Assembly (NCBI GenBank): GCA_037481775.1
Contig: JBBFKZ010000003.1
Span: 64,001-128,000, forward strand
Source of the DNA: Candidatus Bathyarchaeia archaeon
GTDB taxonomy: Archaea > Thermoproteota > Bathyarchaeia > Bathyarchaeales > Bathycorpusculaceae
Length of the DNA: 64,000 nucleotides
Reading direction: 5' to 3'
Made by a program: the position numbers and the translations under genes. The number at the start of each line of letters is the position of its first letter. Positions within the stretch are counted from its first letter, which is position 1. Shown in pieces: positions 57,888 to 64,000 of the stretch. The notes under the pieces were generated by a model. It was not told where the DNA came from. It saw only the letters and a list, made by a program, of their open reading frames with translations, and made no database searches.

Positions 57888-58796
57888 TTATGCTTTACGT
57901 GCTTTCTCAATTTGGCAAAGTATTTCGAATATCACTCTGGCGGCAGCAACTGCTGAAATTCCTTGATCATAAACGGGCGCGATCTCGACAACATCAAACC
58001 CGACGACGCGCTTATCGCATAATGCGCACAAGATGTCCAGCAGAGTATGTGTTTCAAGCCCTTCTGGCTCGGGATTTTGCACCGCAGGCGCGAAAGCAGG
58101 ATCAAGAACATCCATGTCAACCGTCAAGTAAATGCGCTTATACGGTGAAAGCGTGTCTTTAAGATGACTTATGATTTGCGCTGCGCCCTCCTTCCGCACT
58201 TGGTGCGACGTGTAAAACTTTATTCCCGCTTTTTCAGCATAATCTAACTCATCTCGGCAAACAGCTCTTGTGCCCACTTCAACAATCTTCGCTGGCTTCG
58301 CTTCCTCGTTTATCAGCTGCATGAAAGTTGTATGCGAAAGCGTTAAACCCATAAACTCTCGGCGCAAATCCAAGTGTGCATCAAAGCTCACCACAGCAGT
58401 TTCTTTAGCTTTGCCACCGAAGCCCTTCATAATGCCCAAGGTTATTGTGTGCTCGCCGCCAATCGCTATGGGAATTTTGCCAGCCGCCAAAATATCATCA
58501 ACCACCAGCCGCAAAGTATCCACAGTCTTCTCTGGACTCGTAGAAACATGCAAGTCGCCCACGTCATGCAAAGGCAAATCCTCAACATCCACGCCAGTGC
58601 GAAAGCTGTAGGTTTCAATATTCAAAGACGCCTGGCGAATGGCGGTGGGACCAAAACGCGCGCCAGTACGGTACGTGCTTGTAACATCAAAAGGAACGCC
58701 GAAAACCACATACCTCGCCTTTTCAAACGGCTTCTGAAAACCGCTGAAAACGTTTGATTGCGAAACGAACAGTTCCCAATTACTCATTAGGCTCAT
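57888..58796 (-). CDS. speB: Agmatinase
   Basis: GGEH, DAHLD, DMDVLDP. Confidence 0.92.
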   Translation of the reverse strand: MSLMSNWELFVSQSNVFSGFQKPFEKARYVVFGVPFDVTSTYRTGARFGPTAIRQASLNIETYSFRTGVDVEDLPLHDVGDLHVSTSPEKTVDTLRLVVDDILAAGKIPIAIGGEHTITLGIMKGFGGKAKETAVVSFDAHLDLRREFMGLTLSHTTFMQLINEEAKPAKIVEVGTRAVCRDELDYAEKAGIKFYTSHQVRKEGAAQIISHLKDTLSPYKRIYLTVDMDVLDPAFAPAVQNPEPEGLETHTLLDILCALCDKRVVGFDVVEIAPVYDQGISAVAAARVIFEILCQIEKARKA

Positions 58797-59029
58797 CCGC
58801 CAAACTGCTTACTGTGAGGGTTGCTCTAAACTTTTTCGCCCCTTATCTCAGTGTTGCCACGCACGATTTCCAATAAAAATCTCGCGGGGCTCCAGATTTA
58901 TGTAAAATAGCGTCTCGGCGTACGTTGAACTCGCCAATTTTATGCGGCACATCTATTGCCGTGATGCTTCAAGTTTGATTACGCTTATTCGGCGTTGCGC
59001 TTGTAGATACTCTTTTAAATTGTCATTAC

Positions 59030-60412
59030 GTGTTGATTTTGGGTCTAAGCGTGTTTGTTAGGCTGTCCTATGCTAGGGGTACCATCCTAATCGAGGGCGA
59101 TGTTTCCACGCCTTTCGGTCAGTGGGATCCGCGTGTTCGCGCCTACAGGGCGCCAGCATGCCACTACAGCGACATACTACGCTACTTAAGAAGTAGCCGC
59201 GTAAGCTTTGAGGATCATGTTTTGAAGCCGCCGCCAGCGCCTGCTACAGTAAATGGGCACGTGGCGCTTTACCCTTACCAGCAGGAAGCTTTCCAGCGCT
59301 GGATTGAAAACGGCGGCCGTGGCATAATATGCATAGCGACGGCAGGCGGCAAAACCTTCATCGGCCTCAAAGCCGTCGAAAACCTGAGGCAGGCCACGCT
59401 TGTTCTGGTGCCAACCCTCGCGCTGGTTGACCAGTGGACGCAGCGTTTCAAAGAGGCGCTCGGCGTTGACGCTGGAGTCTACGGCGGCGGCAAACGTGAA
59501 TTAAGCTGGGTCACCGTGAGCACTTATGATTCCGCCTACATCCACGCAGAAGAGTTAGGCGACAAATTTGGACTGCTCATCGCTGATGAGGTACATCACC
59601 TGTTCGCACCAGGCTATAGCCAAGCGGCTGAGATGCTCGTTGCTCCCTACAGGCTTGGGTTAACCAGCACGCTGCATCGTGCGGACATGCGGCATCTGGA
59701 CGCGCCAAGGCTTATTGGCGCCGTGGTCTACGAGGCAGGCCACGAGGAGCTTGCAGGCGAGTACATCGCGCCATACAAGCATGAGAAAGTTTTTGTGGAG
59801 TTGGCACCGCAGGAGAAGGAGGAGTATGATCGGCACTGGAGGGTGTACACGGCTTATCTGGCGACGCGAGGCTTGGAAATGAAGAGCGAACTGGATTTTC
59901 AAAGGCTCATTAAGCTTTCAGCCTTCGATCCAAAGGCGCGGGAAGCCGTTTTAGCCCGTAACAAAGCGTTGAAGATCGCTTTGAATTCGGAGGCGAAGAT
60001 GCGGTTCCTCGCAGAGCAGCTGCAGGTGTCAAGCGAGAAAACGCTTATTTTCACGCAGTTTAACAGCCTCGTTTATGCCATTAGCCGGCGGTTCCTGATT
60101 CCTGCGATAACGCATAAGACGTCGGAAGCAGAAAGGCGGCTTATACTATCTCGCTTTAAAAGCGGCGAGTACACAGCCATCGTTACCAGCCAAGTGCTTG
60201 ACGAAGGCTTAGATGTGCCTGACGCAAGCCGCGGCATTGTGCTCAGCGGAACTGGCAGCCAACGACAGCACATCCAGCGCTTGGGTCGGCTATTGCGGAA
60301 GCACGACGGTAAGGTAGCTGTGCTTTATGAGGTTATATCGAAGGAGACAAAGGAGATGGAGCTTGCAAGACGCAGAAGGAGGAAGCATGCTGACAGCTTG
60401 GCCGAAGAGTAA
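59030..60412 (+). CDS. xpb: XPB/Rad25-like SF2 helicase
   Basis: YPYQ, ATAGGKT, DEVHH, DEGLDVP, QRLGRLLR; adjacent to a Bax1 gene. Confidence 0.88.
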   Translation: MLILGLSVFVRLSYARGTILIEGDVSTPFGQWDPRVRAYRAPACHYSDILRYLRSSRVSFEDHVLKPPPAPATVNGHVALYPYQQEAFQRWIENGGRGIICIATAGGKTFIGLKAVENLRQATLVLVPTLALVDQWTQRFKEALGVDAGVYGGGKRELSWVTVSTYDSAYIHAEELGDKFGLLIADEVHHLFAPGYSQAAEMLVAPYRLGLTSTLHRADMRHLDAPRLIGAVVYEAGHEELAGEYIAPYKHEKVFVELAPQEKEEYDRHWRVYTAYLATRGLEMKSELDFQRLIKLSAFDPKAREAVLARNKALKIALNSEAKMRFLAEQLQVSSEKTLIFTQFNSLVYAISRRFLIPAITHKTSEAERRLILSRFKSGEYTAIVTSQVLDEGLDVPDASRGIVLSGTGSQRQHIQRLGRLLRKHDGKVAVLYEVISKETKEMELARRRRRKHADSLAEE

Positions 60413-60445
60413 GCCGCACGCATATGCCCGTGGTGGTGACATGGT

Positions 60446-61984
60446 GTGCTACCTTCTGAACTGTTAAGGGCCAGCTACTGGCGCGGGAACATCAGACCGA
60501 AGTACTCAGGCTTCAGCGCTGCGGACTTGCAAGCAGCGAAGGCGGTTATAAGAGCATACGCGGAGAATGTAGGGCGAAAACGCGCTTGGATTCGCGAGCG
60601 CATACTAGAGCTTGAGGACCTTTACGGCTTCAAGTTTGTGCGGGGCCTAGCGTTGCTTGTAGAGCGCAAATGCGTTTTCGCCTCCCAGGCCCGGATTAAC
60701 CCCGTGGAAGCGCGGCATGCTGTTTTCGCTGAAGCAGCGAAAAACGGTTTACCCGCGACTTGGATGGCGCGAAGGCGCATGCTTGAGGCGGCTGCGGAAA
60801 GGCTTGGGGTTTCGGCTGAGCAGCTTGATGAATGGTTGTATGCCGATCTAGACGCAGAGGCTACGCTGGAGCTTGCGGCTGAAGTTAAGCCTCTGGAGCT
60901 GTTGAAGTTATACAATCTGAGCTTGACGCAGACACTTCTTTTCATGGCAACTGAGCTGTCGTTTAATGCGGCAGGGAACTGGCAGCGGATCTTCCGCGCC
61001 GTAAAGCACTACGGACTGATGTACTCGGTTACGCGGCAGCATAGCCACTTCAGCGTGAAGGTTGAAGGCCCCACTTCCCTTTTCAAGTTGACACGGAGAT
61101 ACGGCACATGCCTAGCTAAGGTTCTGCCCGAGATCATGCACGCCCCAGCATGGAGCATAGAAGCGAAGATACTGCGTAACAATCGCCTATTCGCCTTCAG
61201 CTTGGACAACGGCAAACATGGCTGGCTCTTCCCCGCAGCCGTTTCAAGCGAAGGCTTTGACAGCAAAGTCGAAGAAGAGTTCGCAGCCAAATTCAGAAGC
61301 CTAGGCTCGGCTTGGACTGTGCAGCGCGAGCCCGAGCCGCTTCAAGCCGGCGTCTCGGTGCTAATTCCAGATTTCGTATTCACGCTTGGCAGCGCACGCG
61401 TGTATATGGAGATTGTCGGCTTCTGGACACGCGAGTATCTCAGGCGCAAGCTCGAAAAGCTTGCTGAGGTAAGGGATACACATTTGATTGTTGCTATAGA
61501 CGAGGTGCTTGCATGTGACAAGCTTACCGAATTAAAATCCACTAACCCACACTTGCACTTAATCCGCTACAAGGGTAGTATCCCGCTGCGCGCGGTTCTG
61601 CAAGTATTAGCGGGCTATGCCGAAGAAACGGTGCAAACGCAAGCAGCTCAATTAAAACTTGAGCTGACAAAGCATATTGTGCCGCTTAAGGAACTGGCAG
61701 CAGAACACGGCGTGACTATTGAAGCCGCGCGCCGGGCTGCATCCTCCGTGGACACGCATGTGCTGATAGGCGAAGCGTTAGTGGCGAAGACACTTATGGA
61801 GACGGCGAAGCAGCAGCTCCAAAGTATCGTGAAAGACGAAACGCCGCTGCCCACAGTGCTAAAGCTTTTACAGCCCTATCAGTTTCCAGAACCATTAGCG
61901 ATCATAGCGCATTGCGGGTTCCAGGTTATGTGGCGCGGCCTAATGCCCGCAGATGCAACTGTAACCCGCAGCTCCCGCGCATAG
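60446..61984 (+). CDS. bax1: DUF790 / Bax1 nuclease
   Basis: YNLSLTQTLL, GPTSLF...RYG, PDF...EIVGFWT.EYL..KL. Confidence 0.9.
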   Translation: MLPSELLRASYWRGNIRPKYSGFSAADLQAAKAVIRAYAENVGRKRAWIRERILELEDLYGFKFVRGLALLVERKCVFASQARINPVEARHAVFAEAAKNGLPATWMARRRMLEAAAERLGVSAEQLDEWLYADLDAEATLELAAEVKPLELLKLYNLSLTQTLLFMATELSFNAAGNWQRIFRAVKHYGLMYSVTRQHSHFSVKVEGPTSLFKLTRRYGTCLAKVLPEIMHAPAWSIEAKILRNNRLFAFSLDNGKHGWLFPAAVSSEGFDSKVEEEFAAKFRSLGSAWTVQREPEPLQAGVSVLIPDFVFTLGSARVYMEIVGFWTREYLRRKLEKLAEVRDTHLIVAIDEVLACDKLTELKSTNPHLHLIRYKGSIPLRAVLQVLAGYAEETVQTQAAQLKLELTKHIVPLKELAAEHGVTIEAARRAASSVDTHVLIGEALVAKTLMETAKQQLQSIVKDETPLPTVLKLLQPYQFPEPLAIIAHCGFQVMWRGLMPADATVTRSSRA

Positions 61985-62143
61985 ATTTGACTTCGACATT
62001 TCCTAACTGCTTATTCAACAAAAAGCAATATAATATTCATTTTTTGGAAAATGTTCATTACTGAACCATATTATTTTTAAGGATTGAACCTACAATATAA
62101 TTAAATATTCGGTTCAAAATTAAATAAGCCGCGGGTTTCAAAC

Positions 62144-63832
62144 ATGCTTGCTTACGAGCTCTTTCTGAAAAATAAAGATTGGAACGAAGAATTTGTTAAC
62201 CCCACAAATGTCAAAAAAGTTTACGTTAAAGCTACCGCCCCTGCATCATCCATTACCATTAATTTCGACGATAAAACACTACAAGAATACGGAGATAACA
62301 AAGATTCTAAAGAATTACTAAAGAACCTGCTTCAAATGCCAAGAAACACGCTAAAAGCTGTGGGCTTGCCCTTTAGAGGGACAGGTGCTAACTCCCCACG
62401 TGCCTACGTTGAATTTTACGGAGTTCTCAAGAAAAATACTCTCGCAATTTCCGTTAGCGGTAGACATGGAACTGGCAAGATTGTTTGGAAATTCACCTTC
62501 GACTTCGAAAAAGAATCTGAAAACTACAGCGTTGATTCAGACCTAATAAAACTACGTTTAGACAAAGAAAACTACTTTGTTCAGAACAATGCCCTTTTCG
62601 ACTGTTATATTCAAGATGGAATAATAAACAAAAATTGTGAGCTCCAAAAAAGAATTTTTCTTGAAGTGTGCCGCAAATTTGTTAGTCTATGCAAGACTAA
62701 AAATCTCAAAGATAAACTTGCCGACTACAAAGGAAACGAACGTTTCCGATTGGTAATTTTGCCATACTCGGCAATGATCACTCCTTTCGTTGAGTATCAC
62801 GAGACAACAGAAAATGATCCAACAAATAACTTCATAGATGCTTTTGGAATGACTTCCTCCGCATATCCGTCTAAGAGCACACAAACAGCAAAATTTCTCT
62901 CCTATGATGATCCAGCTTTTTCAATAAATTGTACACGCAATCAAGAGTTTTATATGAATCTGGGCATAGGGTGTGCTTCATTTGAAAAAATAAATATGCC
63001 TCCAGAGGGTGCAATTGAAATTTCAGGTTTAAGCTGGTACTTTTTCGACATTAACGATCCAACATCGACACTTGAGAAAAAAGCAAGCGGCTTCTACGAT
63101 AATCTGCTGAGCGGGTTCAATTCATTACAGAAGAATTATGCATCAACACAGACTATTGCAATGCTAAAAATACTATGCGTTAAGAAAAGTCAAGCCAAAC
63201 TTGAAGTCTTGATTGATGAAAACCTAACTTTCACGCAACTTAAAAAGATACTCAGCCGCGGCGATTTTATATATTGCCCAATGGTTTTTGAGTCATTAAT
63301 CAAAAAGAAAAATCAGGAAGTAATATGGAGCGATTATGTTAATGCTATACGCTTTTACATTAAAGGTTTATTTTTTGAGCGCAACATGCTTGTTAAACGT
63401 ATTGTTCAAGAGATTCGTGAAAATCTATTTGATTGGCTTCACGAACCCAAACTCAGAGATTCTTCCTTATTTTCAAAGTCAAGTTTTCTCCTTAAAATAT
63501 TAACTAAAGAAGGTGAGAAAATGGACCTGAATGAGGAATACGCCTATAAAATAGGAAAAATAGCTGGAAAATACGTAAACCTAAAGAAAGCCGCAGGCGA
63601 AGCAGGCAGTTCAATCAATGAGATCTTAACCTATACAAAGTATGACCGCGAAAGACTACGGCATGCCTATAAACGTGTATGCTTGGGCGCTGCCCTAATT
63701 AAAGACATGGAAAAGGCAGACGAATTAAATCAGTTCATCAAAGCTAACACGCCGCCCACAGAAATTGATGACACAAAAGCCGGCGAAGACTATTCCTACT
63801 GGTTCTACAAGGGTGTCTTTGAAACACTTTAA
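62144..63832 (+). CDS. Putative type I-B Cascade large subunit (Cas8b-like)
   Basis: 562-aa AT-rich ORF immediately upstream of cas7, with a helical C-terminus (AYKIGKIAG...FYKG); called mainly from position. Confidence 0.65.
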   Translation: MLAYELFLKNKDWNEEFVNPTNVKKVYVKATAPASSITINFDDKTLQEYGDNKDSKELLKNLLQMPRNTLKAVGLPFRGTGANSPRAYVEFYGVLKKNTLAISVSGRHGTGKIVWKFTFDFEKESENYSVDSDLIKLRLDKENYFVQNNALFDCYIQDGIINKNCELQKRIFLEVCRKFVSLCKTKNLKDKLADYKGNERFRLVILPYSAMITPFVEYHETTENDPTNNFIDAFGMTSSAYPSKSTQTAKFLSYDDPAFSINCTRNQEFYMNLGIGCASFEKINMPPEGAIEISGLSWYFFDINDPTSTLEKKASGFYDNLLSGFNSLQKNYASTQTIAMLKILCVKKSQAKLEVLIDENLTFTQLKKILSRGDFIYCPMVFESLIKKKNQEVIWSDYVNAIRFYIKGLFFERNMLVKRIVQEIRENLFDWLHEPKLRDSSLFSKSSFLLKILTKEGEKMDLNEEYAYKIGKIAGKYVNLKKAAGEAGSSINEILTYTKYDRERLRHAYKRVCLGAALIKDMEKADELNQFIKANTPPTEIDDTKAGEDYSYWFYKGVFETL

Positions 63833-63845
63833 GGGAGGTGAAAGC

Positions 63846-64000
63846 GTGGAGTTAAAAGACATTCGAAAAGAACTATTATTCTATTATGAGTCGCGCGCCA
63901 ACCCTAACGGCGATCCTGGCTTTGAAAACCAGCCTCGACTAATGCCTGATGGTACAATAATAGTAACCGACGTGAGAATAAAAAGAACCATACGCGATTA
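63846..64000 (+). CDS. cas7: Cas7 (Csh2/Csd2 family), 5' part
   Basis: Hand translation MELKDIRKELLFYYESRANPNGDPGFENQPRLMPDGTIIVTDVRIKRTIRD contains NPNGDP..N.PR and TDV.IKR.IRD; SD GGAGGTG upstream. Confidence 0.92.
   Translation, partial: MELKDIRKELLFYYESRANPNGDPGFENQPRLMPDGTIIVTDVRIKRTIRD

Noticed and set aside
59030-61984. XPB-Bax1 as part of the adjacent CRISPR system
   Set aside because: It is a known archaeal repair pair with different base composition; adjacency alone is insufficient.
61985-62143. CRISPR array or leader before cas8
   Set aside because: No regularly spaced direct repeats seen here or elsewhere in the window.

Overview
Archaeal chromosomal window, most consistent with Bathyarchaeia (inferred from eL22, a NitrOD5-like output domain, a Zn-ribbon tyrosine integrase and a D-loop tRNA intron). 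(1) 1-12.8 kb: right part of an integrative element inserted at the 3' end of tRNA-Arg(CCT). It carries a DISARM-like defence island (drmB/drmA-like genes, a CARF-wHTH-like regulator, an unknown ORF, a HaeIII/BsuRI-type m5C methyltransferase and Vsr), a divergent RHH switch, an AAA+ replication helicase and an intact-length integrase. (2) 13-23 kb: intron-containing tRNA-Leu, hypA/mrp and a corrinoid uptake/salvage cluster. (3) 23.4-30.7 kb: glycosyltransferases plus an epimerase-UbiA-tetraether synthase (Tes) operon, divergent from motif-altered second copies of cobS/cobY; this is a candidate ether-lipid modification system. (4) 30.9-35.6 kb: decayed virus-like module (frameshifted terminase large subunit and ABC-ATPase-GNAT fusion) at a sharp G+T to A+C strand-skew inversion. 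(5) 35.7-62 kb: mostly housekeeping genes (nrdRDG, arsB, eL22, his operon with a structured leader, a C/D-box sRNA, initiator tRNA-Met, ribosomal proteins, speB, XPB-Bax1). (6) 62-64 kb: start of a type I-B cas operon. All calls come from reading motifs by eye; no searches were run.
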